Positions 56,019 to 64,000 of a DNA stretch of 64,000 bases are shown here, piece after piece (the first letter of the stretch is position 1; the number at the start of each line of letters is the position of its first letter). The notes beneath the pieces are model-generated. The model was not told where the DNA came from. It searched no databases and saw only the letters and a list, made by a program, of their open reading frames with translations. A program made the translations under genes and the position numbers. Source of the stretch: Bacilli bacterium (GTDB lineage Bacteria; Bacillota_I; Bacilli_A; RFN20; CAG-826). Where the stretch lies: NCBI GenBank assembly GCA_041652475.1, contig JBAZHG010000002.1:22591-86590 (forward strand), given 5' to 3'.

Positions 56019-57368
56019 TTAGCGCAATAATTTGACCAAGGCGTTCTCGGCCGCGTTCACGAGTTGATAGGCCACGGGCGAAGCCGTCAAAGCTGGATGG
56101 GTCCCGGCTTGGAACAAAACGATATCTTCGGCCGTCACTTTCGAAGAAATGAGAGCTCCGATGACATTGATGAGCTCGCCGCCTGAAGTCGCCCCGTAAA
56201 CCTGTCCCCCCAATAACACCTTGTTGCCTTTTTCGAAAACGAGCCGTACTTTGAGGGCTTCGCCCCCAGGCATGCCGCCCGGATGGCGATTGATCGATTC
56301 GGCGTCGCTGCTGACGATTTGATAACCTTTGGCTTGCGCATCTCGGATGGTCAATCCGGCCGCGGCGAACGTCTTCTTGCCGATAAAGGTCGAAAAGACG
56401 CCGATAGCTCCCTGATTGACGCGTTTGGTATTATACAGGTTGGCGCCGGCGATTCGGGCTTCTTGGGTGGCGATTGAAGCTAATCTCAAAGCCGAAGGAA
56501 CCCCGTCGAAGAACGAAATTTTGTCGGCGACGTCGCCACAGGCATAAATATCGGGATCGCTCGTCTGCATGTACCGATTGACGGCTACGCCGCGGGCCGG
56601 GCCGATTTTGAGTTCGGCCATTTTAGCTAATTCGGTGTTGGGCGTGCAACCGATGCCTAGAATCACGCGGTCGGCGGGAATCGTTTCGCCATCGGATATG
56701 CGGACGCCGGCGACATCGCCGGTTCCCTCAAGGGCTACCACGGTTTTACCGGTTACCAAGTTAATGCCTTGTTCGCGCAAAGCTTGTTCGGCTAGAGCCG
56801 AAAAATCCTCATCGTAAACGAGCTGCAGGCAGTGGTTTTGCATCTCGATGACGGTGACAGCGGCTTCGGGATTCATCTTTTTGAGTTCTTCGGCCATTTC
56901 GACGCCGATGAAGCCGCCGCCGATGATGACGAAACGCTTGCCGCTTTTCATGTTCTCAAACATCTTTTTCAAGGCATCGATATCTTTGATAATGGGATAA
57001 ACGTGGCCAAGATCGATGCCGGGAAGGCGGGGAATCATCGGGAGCGAACCATTGGCTAGAATCATCTTTTCGTATTTGATGGTCAATCCGCCTTTGGTGG
57101 ATGCGGTTTTATTGGCCCGATCGATTTTTATGACTTCATCTTGGATCGTTTCAACCGAATTGGACTCCATCATCTTGTCGGTCGGAAGCGTGTTCTTGCT
57201 TGGATCGCCGATGGTTCCGAAAATATAAGGGATGCCGCATGGAATCGGAACGTTGACAACGTTCTTTACCATCACGATTTTCTTATCAGAATAGTGTTTT
57301 CTGGCGGTGACGGCGGCAGTAATGCCCGCGGCGCTGCCTCCAACAATTAAAATGTCGACTTCTTTCAT
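56019..57368 (-). CDS. FAD-dependent pyridine nucleotide-disulfide oxidoreductase (NADH oxidase / CoA-disulfide reductase family)
   Basis: ATG 57368 lies 4 nt after GGAGG. The FAD fold is 'VDILIVGGSAAGITAA'. A single redox Cys sits in 'NVPIPCGIPYIFG'. The NAD(P) fold is 'RFVIIGGGFIGVEMAEEL', and 'YACGDVA' is present. Confidence 0.85.
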   Translation of the reverse strand: MKEVDILIVGGSAAGITAAVTARKHYSDKKIVMVKNVVNVPIPCGIPYIFGTIGDPSKNTLPTDKMMESNSVETIQDEVIKIDRANKTASTKGGLTIKYEKMILANGSLPMIPRLPGIDLGHVYPIIKDIDALKKMFENMKSGKRFVIIGGGFIGVEMAEELKKMNPEAAVTVIEMQNHCLQLVYDEDFSALAEQALREQGINLVTGKTVVALEGTGDVAGVRISDGETIPADRVILGIGCTPNTELAKMAELKIGPARGVAVNRYMQTSDPDIYACGDVADKISFFDGVPSALRLASIATQEARIAGANLYNTKRVNQGAIGVFSTFIGKKTFAAAGLTIRDAQAKGYQIVSSDAESINRHPGGMPGGEALKVRLVFEKGNKVLLGGQVYGATSGGELINVIGALISSKVTAEDIVLFQAGTHPALTASPVAYQLVNAAENALVKLLR

Positions 57369-57424
57369 AAATCCTCCGTGCATGCTTTAAAAAGCATATT
57401 ACGGCTTAATCGTATGCTTGTATG

Positions 57425-57436
57425 TGACATATGTCA
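57425..57436. promoter_or_regulatory. Palindromic operator-like site 1 (TGACATATGTCA)
   Basis: Perfect 12-bp palindrome. Read on the minus strand it supplies TTGACA, followed after 17 nt by TACGAT, a possible promoter for the oxidoreductase gene. Confidence 0.5.
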
Positions 57437-57468
57437 ACAATGGCAAGGCTAAAAACTGCTGCATTTAT

Positions 57469-57480
57469 TGACATATGCCA
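57469..57480. promoter_or_regulatory. Palindromic operator-like site 2 (TGACATATGCCA)
   Basis: 11/12 match to site 1, centred 44 bp from it. Confidence 0.45.
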
Positions 57481-57508
57481 TATATAACGATTATGCTGTT
57501 GTTGTATT

Positions 57509-57520
57509 TGACATATGTCA
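57509..57520. promoter_or_regulatory. Palindromic operator-like site 3 (TGACATATGTCA)
   Basis: Perfect copy, 40 bp from site 2 and 10 nt upstream of the DUF5320 Shine-Dalgarno sequence. Confidence 0.5.
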
Positions 57521-57547
57521 TTATCAAATCAAGGAGGAATGCATATT

Positions 57548-57802
57548 ATGCCAGGAAGAAATCAAACCGGTCCCCAAGGAATGGGGCCGCGAACCGGACG
57601 CGGATTCGGAATTTGCGAATCAGGGCAAACTGTCGATTATCAATCCACGCCTCGTCAAGGAATGAGACAAGGATGTGGCCGCGGAATGGGCCGTGGGGGC
57701 GGCCGATGCTGCGGTTATCGGGGTGTTGCCTATCCGATATCGCGCATTGAAGAATCAAGTGCCGAAAATCAGAAAAGCGAAAACCAATCCCAAAAAAAGT
57801 AA
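57548..57802 (+). CDS. DUF5320-family small Gly/Arg/Cys-rich protein
   Basis: ATG 57548 lies 10 nt after AAGGAGG. 'MPGRNQTGPQGMGPRTGRGFGIC' matches the DUF5320 N-terminal consensus (MP..D.TGP.G.GP.TGRG.G.C) as I recall it. Confidence 0.75.
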   Translation: MPGRNQTGPQGMGPRTGRGFGICESGQTVDYQSTPRQGMRQGCGRGMGRGGGRCCGYRGVAYPISRIEESSAENQKSENQSQKK

Positions 57803-57932
57803 ACAACCAAGAAATCATTCATTTTAAAGAGTTATCCGTTCGTCTCGCGCCTTTGTCGCCAACCGACGTCAATTGACTTATGTTTCAAACAAACATAGAC
57901 TTTCCTATGAAAGAGTACGTTGAGGTGATATT

Positions 57933-58301
57933 ATGCCACGTCCAATCCGCACGCGCCGCGTCTGCTGTCTACCGCGAGATAAAAAATTTGGCCCGCTGAA
58001 CCCCGGGGTCACGAAACGCCCCTCCCTTCAGATGCTCGTCGACGAGTTTGAATCGATTCGGCTTTTGGACTACGAGGGTTTGAAACAAGAGGAAGCCGCC
58101 GTATACATGAATGTGACGCGGACGACGGTAACCGCCATTTATGAAAGTGCCCGAAAAAAAATGGCCCAAGCTTTGATTGAAGGCTTGCCGCTTGAAATCA
58201 AAGGGGGGCATTTTCACCTATACGACGAAAACGAGCAACGGCAAATCGGATGCCATTGGCGCCATCATCGCCGCTTGAACGAAACCCCTGAAGACAAATA
58301 A
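57933..58301 (+). CDS. DUF134/UPF0251-family putative DNA-binding protein
   Basis: 'MPRPIRTRRVCCLPRDKKFGP...LQMLVDEFESIRLLDYEGLKQEEAAVYMNVTRTTVTAIYESARKKMAQALIEG' has the conserved MPRP..R.V start and a sigma-70-region-4-like HTH. GAGGTGA lies upstream. Confidence 0.85.
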   Translation: MPRPIRTRRVCCLPRDKKFGPLNPGVTKRPSLQMLVDEFESIRLLDYEGLKQEEAAVYMNVTRTTVTAIYESARKKMAQALIEGLPLEIKGGHFHLYDENEQRQIGCHWRHHRRLNETPEDK

Positions 58302-58338
58302 GGACAAACCTGCTAGGCAAAACAGAAACTCCGACTAA

Positions 58339-58378
58339 AAAACCCCGACCGAACATCATATCGGCGGGGTTTTGTTTG
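58339..58378 (+). terminator. Rho-independent terminator after the DUF134 gene
   Basis: AAAACCCCGACCGA / TCGGCGGGGTTTT form the stem (one bulge). GTTTGT follows. Confidence 0.7.
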
Positions 58379-58485
58379 TCTTCAACCAAAATATTTACTT
58401 AGTCCCCGACCTCTGACGCCGGAAGTAAGTAACTCGCCTTCAAGAGCTTTGCCATAATTTTCAAACAAAGTCGCTTCTGACCGGG

Positions 58486-59280
58486 TCAGTCGTTGCGCTT
58501 TTCTTCGTGGATCAGCCGTTGGTTCTCGCCGCCGGCGCCATATTCGAAGACTTTAATCGAAACCTCGTCCACGGCCAAGCCGAGGCATAGTTCGGTGCCG
58601 GTTTCGATTTGGGAGCACCAGTATTCCTTGTTGGATTCCATCCGGATGTATTCGCCCGGGAGGAGCGTCAGCTCGTCGAGGTTATGAAACTCGGGGCGGA
58701 TGCTTCTGATTTGATCGAACAAAGCCGGGTTGTTATCGATTGTCAGCTTGTCGAACCGGACCGGCTCGCCCATGTATTTCTTGATGAGTTTTTTGAGTTT
58801 CTCCGACTTGAGGTAGGGTTCCAGCTCCTCATAATCAAGCGTATACCCGTCGGATAAATACTGCATGATGGCTTCCCCAATGAGGAATTCCTTTTGGCTC
58901 GGGCTCTTGACCAGCTCCTCGAAGTCGATGTTCATCTTGTGGTTGATGCCTTCAATCGCTCCGCGGTAAAAGAGGTTCTTCTCGCCGAGGAGTTGTTTCA
59001 GATTGACGAGCGATTCGATCCCGGTAACGACGTTGGCCACGTTGATGCGCCGCCCTTTGCGGATGATCAGGGTCCCGCCCGAGAGGATTTTGTCGGTGGT
59101 CGTGTTCAAAAGATCGGCCAGCGGCAAGAGGAGCCCGGCATCGGGTAAGGTCTCCCCGTTCTCCCATTTGGAAACGGCTTGATAACTGATTCCCAACCGT
59201 TCGGCGACGTCTTTCTGGGTCAAGCCCAATCCCTTGCGGGTTTTTTGGAGGTATTGCCCGATTTCGATTTGATTGATCAT
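58486..59280 (-). CDS. XRE-family HTH regulator with ~200-aa C-terminal domain of unknown function
   Basis: Start ATG 59280. HTH_3 motif 'TRKGLGLTQKDVAERLGISYQAVSKWENGETLPDAGLLLPLADLLNTTTDKIL'. No TM segment. Confidence 0.75.
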   Translation of the reverse strand: MINQIEIGQYLQKTRKGLGLTQKDVAERLGISYQAVSKWENGETLPDAGLLLPLADLLNTTTDKILSGGTLIIRKGRRINVANVVTGIESLVNLKQLLGEKNLFYRGAIEGINHKMNIDFEELVKSPSQKEFLIGEAIMQYLSDGYTLDYEELEPYLKSEKLKKLIKKYMGEPVRFDKLTIDNNPALFDQIRSIRPEFHNLDELTLLPGEYIRMESNKEYWCSQIETGTELCLGLAVDEVSIKVFEYGAGGENQRLIHEEKRND

Positions 59281-59603
59281 TTGATGATTCTTCCTTTCGC
59301 CTAAATTGTAGCAAGGCAAGCGAAAATCCACCATCAATTGATTTTTGAATTAATTCCCTTATTGGTTGCGCGAGGACTTTGATAAGCTCTGACACAACTA
59401 ATATTGTGGGGAATAGAATAAAGACTATAGTTAGTCTTTTACCATGAAGGGAATCCTCGAATCTCGGCGGCTGGCCCTATGAGGTCGCCTAGCGGCTGAT
59501 TAAGATTGTGACTTCGCCGGCATCCTCGTTGAGAGCGGCCTCCACATATGCGGCATCGCATGGGTCTGGGGGCGTTAGATTATATCAAGGTGTCATGACC
59601 CAA

Positions 59604-60032
59604 TTATTCGGCGTAAGTCAACTCCGTCAAAGGAGCGAGGTGTTTCTTCGTTTCTTCGTTGGTCAATATCTTGATTAGGTAATCGAGCGCCTCAACGACG
59701 TTCGATTCGATCACAGCGTCGATGATTGGGTGTTTGAAGGCTAAAAAGCTGTTTTCGTTCACATAGGCCTTGAGCCAATGGATATTTTCGTTGAAGGCAT
59801 TGATCCGTAGCATCGTCTCCAAAGTCAAGTCGATTTTGTCAAAGATGAAGGTGATTGTGGCCGAGCCTTCCTCATAAGCGGTGATGCGGAGGTAGACCCC
59901 GTCGTCGAAATCCCGAAATTTGATGTTGCATTTGGCCACCATGAAATCTTTATCTTCTTCGAACAACGGTTCCAGCTTGTACTTGGTCGTCAAGTATTTT
60001 TCAAGTTCGTTTCGCAAAACCACGAGTCTCAT
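59604..60032 (-). CDS. Hypothetical cytoplasmic protein (possibly YbjN/secretion-chaperone-like fold)
   Basis: 142-aa acidic protein with alternating beta/alpha character. The fold assignment is a guess from size and composition only. Confidence 0.4.
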   Translation of the reverse strand: MRLVVLRNELEKYLTTKYKLEPLFEEDKDFMVAKCNIKFRDFDDGVYLRITAYEEGSATITFIFDKIDLTLETMLRINAFNENIHWLKAYVNENSFLAFKHPIIDAVIESNVVEALDYLIKILTNEETKKHLAPLTELTYAE

Positions 60033-60167
60033 GTGCGGTTACCTTCCTGGCCTGGCATCGGGGGCGTCAGTGCCTATGTCAATCGGCTTCATTCCATTAT
60101 TCCAAACAAAAAGCCATCCGTAAAGGGACGGCTTCTGGATTATGGACTTTTACTTAATAATGCGACC

Positions 60168-62273
60168 CTAGAATAGCGAAACCATTAAGAACAAGGTGCT
60201 GAACAGGCTTGAAAGCAGGCTGACGACGGTAATCTGGGTATTGAGGCTCGGACCGGCCGTATCCTTGAACGGATCGCCGACGGTGTCCCCAATCACGGCC
60301 GCTTTGTGGGTCAAACTTCCTTTGCCGCCATGATGTCCGGCTTCGACGTATTTTTTGCCGTTGTCCCATAAACCGCCGCTGTTGGACATGAACAAAGCCA
60401 AGAGCAGCCCGGTGACGATATTGCCGACCAAGAACCCTCCGATGGCTTTGACCCCGCCAATGAAGCCGACGGCCAGCGTCAAGACGATGGCGACCAGCCC
60501 GGCTTTGATTAATTCGCGGAGCGAACCCTTGGTGGCGATGGTAATGCACTTGTCATATTCGGGGACGACCCCGGCTTTTCCTTCTTTAAGACCGATTATC
60601 TCATCGAACTGGCGATGGATTTCCTTGACCATCCGCTCGGCGTTGGTCGTCACTCCCAGCATCAAGAGAGCACTGAAGATGGCCGGAAGGGCGGCTCCGA
60701 CCAATAATCCGAAGAACACCAGGGGATCGGTGACGTCAAACCCAGTGATATAGGCTTGACCCGGGAGGGCCATGCCCAAATCGATGGCGGCGCCGTTGAC
60801 TTCCAATATGAAAGCGCCCAGCAAAGCGATGACCGTGAGCCCGGCCGCCCCGATCGAAAAACCTTTGGTGATCGCTTTGACGGTGTTGCCGGCCGAATCA
60901 AGTTTGTCTGTTATGGCCAATACTTCATCGCCGAGACCACCCATTTCGGCCAAGCCCCGGGCGTTGTCGACGATGGGGCCGTAGGCGTCGTTGGATATGA
61001 TCATTCCGACGATCGAGAGCATCCCGACCGCGGCCATGGCGATGCCGAACATCCCATAACCGGTTCCGATCGTCTCGCCAATCTTATATGAAAGGAGGGC
61101 GGCCAATCCGATGCCAACCATGGCCGGGAACACGCTTAGAAAGCCATAGCTGACACCGGTGACAATCGTCAAAGCCGGACCTTTGGTGCTGGCTTCGGTC
61201 ACTTTGCGGACCGGGCGTTTTTCATCGTTCGTGAAATAGTCGGTCGTAATCCCAATCAAGAGCCCGACCGCCAGGCCGATCACGGCGATGAGCCACAAGC
61301 GCCAATCGTAAGAACGGATCAAGGTGATGATTCCGGTTAAAAGGATATAGATGCCGGTGGTGACATACGTGCTGGCATTGAGGGCATGGTTCGGATTGCC
61401 TTTCTTGCCCATGCGGGCGCAGGCCACCCCGATGATCGAAGACAATAACCCGAGTCCGGCAAAGGCGAACACCATTTCGACGTTGAGGCCAAAGACCCCA
61501 TCTCCGTCAATCGACATTGCGATGACGAGAGCGGCCACCATCGAGGCCACGTGTGAATCGAACAAATCGGCGCCCATTCCGGCCACGTCGCCGACGTTGT
61601 CGCCGACATTGTCGGCGATGACGGCCGGGTTACGCGGATCGTCCTCGGCGATGCCCAGTTCGATTTTGCCGACCAAATCGGCACTGATGTCGGCCGCCTT
61701 GGTGAAAATGCCGCCTCCGGCCTTGGCGAATAGCGCCAAGCTCGAGGCTCCGAAACTAAAACCTAATAGCGAAGTCGAATGACCGGTGAGCCAGAATAGG
61801 AGGGTAATACCCAGAATGCTAGCCCCAACGACGGCCATTCCCATGACCGACCCACCTCGAAAACCGACCAAAAAACTGTCTTTGATCCCTTTTTGAGCGG
61901 CTATCGCCGTCCGGCCGTTGGCGGCCGTGGCCACGAAAATGCCGACTTTTCCGGCAATGGCGCTGAAGACGGTGCCGAAAACATAGGCAAGAGCCATCGT
62001 TAAATTGGTCAACCAGCCCGAAAACCCGTTAGTCCAAATCGGTTTCGGCAAGAATACCAAAATGATGATTGCGAGTCCACCGGCGAATTTTGCCAAGGCG
62101 ACGTATTCTTTGTTTAGAAAAGTATTGGCTCCCTGGCGGATCAGCCGACATATCGATTTGATTCGATCGGTTCCGTCAGGTTGCTTTCGGAGCCAAGCAT
62201 ATAGAAGGAAGGCAAATCCGAAAGCCAGCAGCGAGATGAGGGTCGTTGAAAATAGAAAGATGAGTTTCTCCAT
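60168..62273 (-). CDS. hppA: Membrane-integral translocating pyrophosphatase, K+-independent subtype
   Basis: 701 aa with ~16 TM helices. '[17 protein letters not shown]' and 'DNVGDNVGD' are present. '[15 protein letters not shown]' has Lys at the position that distinguishes K+-independent (GNTTKA) from K+-dependent (GNTTAA) enzymes. Confidence 0.92.
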   Translation of the reverse strand: MEKLIFLFSTTLISLLAFGFAFLLYAWLRKQPDGTDRIKSICRLIRQGANTFLNKEYVALAKFAGGLAIIILVFLPKPIWTNGFSGWLTNLTMALAYVFGTVFSAIAGKVGIFVATAANGRTAIAAQKGIKDSFLVGFRGGSVMGMAVVGASILGITLLFWLTGHSTSLLGFSFGASSLALFAKAGGGIFTKAADISADLVGKIELGIAEDDPRNPAVIADNVGDNVGDVAGMGADLFDSHVASMVAALVIAMSIDGDGVFGLNVEMVFAFAGLGLLSSIIGVACARMGKKGNPNHALNASTYVTTGIYILLTGIITLIRSYDWRLWLIAVIGLAVGLLIGITTDYFTNDEKRPVRKVTEASTKGPALTIVTGVSYGFLSVFPAMVGIGLAALLSYKIGETIGTGYGMFGIAMAAVGMLSIVGMIISNDAYGPIVDNARGLAEMGGLGDEVLAITDKLDSAGNTVKAITKGFSIGAAGLTVIALLGAFILEVNGAAIDLGMALPGQAYITGFDVTDPLVFFGLLVGAALPAIFSALLMLGVTTNAERMVKEIHRQFDEIIGLKEGKAGVVPEYDKCITIATKGSLRELIKAGLVAIVLTLAVGFIGGVKAIGGFLVGNIVTGLLLALFMSNSGGLWDNGKKYVEAGHHGGKGSLTHKAAVIGDTVGDPFKDTAGPSLNTQITVVSLLSSLFSTLFLMVSLF

Positions 62274-62449
62274 TGATTTTCACTCTTATTCCTTATACTA
62301 GTTCTAATTCTATCTTGTCATGTAAGCGTTTTCAAATTATTATTTTCGGTTTTTCGGAGGCGATAAAGATAAAAACGCCATAAATAAATTATTTAAAAAA
62401 AGTCGTTAATCGGATTTTTTTGAGTTACTCAAGAATGGATTAAGAATCG

Positions 62450-63454
62450 TCATAGCGTCGCCATCATGATGGCTTTGATTGTATGCAACCGATTCTCGGC
62501 TTGGTCGAACACCCGGCTTTGCTTCGATTCGAACACTTCGTTCGTGACCTCGACTTCGCCATGGCTCAGCATTGGATATTGATGTCCGAAGTCGAAGGCG
62601 ATTTGCCTTCCTATTTCGGTGTCCATTCCGTGGAAGGCAGGCAGGCAGTGCAAAAAGATGGCCTTTTTGCCGGCTTTTTCCATCAAGGTTCGGTTAACTT
62701 GGTATGGGGACAATTGTTCGATACGCTTAGCCCAGGTCTCCTTTGGCTCGCCCATCGATACCCAAACGTCGGTATATATGACGTCGGCGTTTTTGACGCC
62801 TTGGTCGATGTCGGAGGTCAACTCGATCGTGGCCTTGGTCCCAAGTGCAACTTTCCGGCAAGTTTCGACCAGTACTTCTTCCGGCCACAGTTCCTTGGGG
62901 GCGACGGCCCGGAAATGAAGGCCCATTTTGGCACAGCCGACCATTAGGCTATTGGCGACGTTGTTATGGGCATCCCCGACATAAGCTAGCGTGATGCCTT
63001 TGAGATGGTTGAATGCTTCTTGGATCGTTAAAAAGTCGGCCAGCACCTGGGTCGGATGGAATTTGTCGGTCAATCCATTCCAAACCGGGACGCCGCTATG
63101 GCGGGCCAACAGGTCGACGTCTTCATGCCGATAACCGCGGAATTCGATGCCCTGGTACATGCGTCCCAGCACGCGGGCGGTGTCCATGATCGATTCTTTA
63201 ACGCCCATCTGGGAACCGCTTGGGCCGATGTAGGTGGCGCTCATGCCCAAATCGTGGGCGGCCACTTCAAAGGCGCATCGGGTTCGGGTCGAATCTTTTT
63301 GGAATAACAGGGCGATTTGTTTCCCTTCATGGATGCGATGGCTTACTCCGTCCCGTTTTTCTTTTTTAAGACGGGCGGCCAAATCGAGAAAATAAGAAAA
63401 ATCCTTTGGGGAATAATCAAGCCAGGTCAACAAACTTTTGCTTTGGTAATTCAT
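62450..63454 (-). CDS. argF: Ornithine carbamoyltransferase
   Basis: 'KDSTRTRCAFEVAAHDLG', 'HPTQVLADFLTI' and 'FLHCLPAFH' are present. An anabolic versus catabolic (arcB) role cannot be decided from sequence. Confidence 0.88.
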   Translation of the reverse strand: MNYQSKSLLTWLDYSPKDFSYFLDLAARLKKEKRDGVSHRIHEGKQIALLFQKDSTRTRCAFEVAAHDLGMSATYIGPSGSQMGVKESIMDTARVLGRMYQGIEFRGYRHEDVDLLARHSGVPVWNGLTDKFHPTQVLADFLTIQEAFNHLKGITLAYVGDAHNNVANSLMVGCAKMGLHFRAVAPKELWPEEVLVETCRKVALGTKATIELTSDIDQGVKNADVIYTDVWVSMGEPKETWAKRIEQLSPYQVNRTLMEKAGKKAIFLHCLPAFHGMDTEIGRQIAFDFGHQYPMLSHGEVEVTNEVFESKQSRVFDQAENRLHTIKAIMMATL

Positions 63455-63455
63455 G

Positions 63456-64000
63456 TTATTTCACCTCGGCAAGCACAGCCCTTATTTGACGGAGGGCATC
63501 GTCGAGTTGCGACTTTTTGATAATCAGGGGCGGTGCGAAGCGAATCGTGTCTTCGTGCGTCTCCTTGGCCAAAACGCCTCGGGCCTTGAGCGCCTCGGTG
63601 TAGGGACGGGCCTTTTTGGTCAAGGTGATGGCCATCAGCAAACCCTTACCGCGAGCTTCCTTGATGAGTGGGCTTTTGATTTTTTTCAGTTTGGCGAGGA
63701 AATAAGCGCCCAGTTCGGCGCTGCGTTCCGGCAGTTTCTCTTCAATCAAGACGTCGATGGCCGCCGTGCCGACGGCGCAGGCAAGCGGATTGCCGCCAAA
63801 GGTGCTGCCGTGGACCCCGGGCGTGATCACGTCCATGATGTTCTTGTTTGACAAGACCGCCGACACCGGCAATACGCCGCCGCCAAGGGCCTTGCCAACG
63901 ATTAAAACGTCGGGGCATATATCCTCGTGCTGGAAGCAAAACAATTTCCCGGTGCGTCCGAATCCGGTTTGGATTTCGTCGAGCATCAACAAAACGCCAT
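63456..64000 (-). CDS. rocD: Ornithine/acetylornithine aminotransferase (class III PLP), 5' end outside the window
   Basis: 'LDEIQTGFGRTGKLFCFQHEDICPDVLIVGKALGGGVLPVSAV' and 'HGSTFGGNPLACAV' are present. The reading frame stays open to the window edge. The stop lies 1 nt upstream of the argF start. Confidence 0.8.
   Translation of the reverse strand, partial: GVLLMLDEIQTGFGRTGKLFCFQHEDICPDVLIVGKALGGGVLPVSAVLSNKNIMDVITPGVHGSTFGGNPLACAVGTAAIDVLIEEKLPERSAELGAYFLAKLKKIKSPLIKEARGKGLLMAITLTKKARPYTEALKARGVLAKETHEDTIRFAPPLIIKKSQLDDALRQIRAVLAEVK

Noticed and set aside
59440-59570. Plus-strand resemblance of 'CGAATCTCGGCGGCTGG...CGCCTAGCG' to part of the c-di-AMP (ydaO) riboswitch core.
   Set aside because: Other conserved ydaO elements (the GGGGA-CCCA type motifs in both pseudo-symmetric halves) are not evident. 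There is also no plus-strand gene downstream to regulate.
62274-62449. Short hairpins (TTGAG-TTA-CTCAA at ~62427-62441; GGCG...CGCC at ~62360-62380), considered as the argF terminator or hppA regulatory structures.
   Set aside because: The stems are only 4-5 bp. The first is flanked by the wrong (A-rich) tract for the minus-strand transcript. This is insufficient support.
1-64000. Possibility that the organism uses Mollicutes code 4 (TGA = Trp), given the lipoprotein-rich, sortase-free surface proteome.
   Set aside because: Long genes with expected lengths and intact family motifs are obtained with the standard code. Several end at TGA exactly where homologues end (1789-1791, 5798-5800, 8302-8304), and Trp is encoded by TGG throughout.

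Overview
This window comes from a monoderm, Firmicutes/Mollicutes-like chromosome that uses the standard genetic code. I call about 40 protein genes, no rRNA or tRNA, no CRISPR array and no recognisable mobile element.

Main blocks:
- **1-15.0 kb (+):** a ~15-kb translationally coupled glycan locus. It holds a CUT1 ABC permease, a cytoplasmic DUF1861/GH130-like propeller, a GH125 lipoprotein, a secreted CBM32-CBM32-GH130 enzyme, several lipoproteins or membrane-anchored proteins built from LamG/CBM-like jelly-roll pairs or Fn3+GLUG beta-helix modules, and an orphan 950-aa anchored protein.
- **15.0-17.3 kb (-):** tdh-kbl.
- **17.5-28.1 kb:** a membrane XRE regulator. Next to it is an RpiR-regulated locus with an Afu/Fbp-type ABC importer, an RDD protein, a PTP-like phosphatase, and divergently two tandem class II aldolases.
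- **28.2-31.1 kb:** a frameshifted AEC transporter and typA.
- **31.2-43.0 kb:** surface lipoproteins (M6-like metalloprotease, CBM48/Big_2 protein, metallophosphoesterase, a 1215-aa Fn3/beta-helix protein, CBM48-esterase) and a MocR-type regulator. The stretch 33.4-41.7 kb is a sharply bounded low-GC block.
- **43.1-50.8 kb (-):** an operon-like run encoding a TMEM164/YwaF-like membrane domain fused to an ABC ATPase, a large permease, an Ig-like anchored protein, a beta-helix lipoprotein and a PlsC-like acyltransferase.
- **50.9-51.7 kb (-):** a stand-alone heliorhodopsin gene with retinal Lys, counterion Glu and both signature His residues conserved. This is the most notable element.
- **51.9-64.0 kb:** a surface Endonuclease-I protein, a promoter-to-terminator small RNA or small ORF unit, an NADH-oxidase-family flavoprotein divergent from DUF5320/DUF134 genes across a triple palindromic operator, an XRE regulator, hppA, argF and a truncated rocD.

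All functional calls rest on motif recognition by eye. No database search was run.
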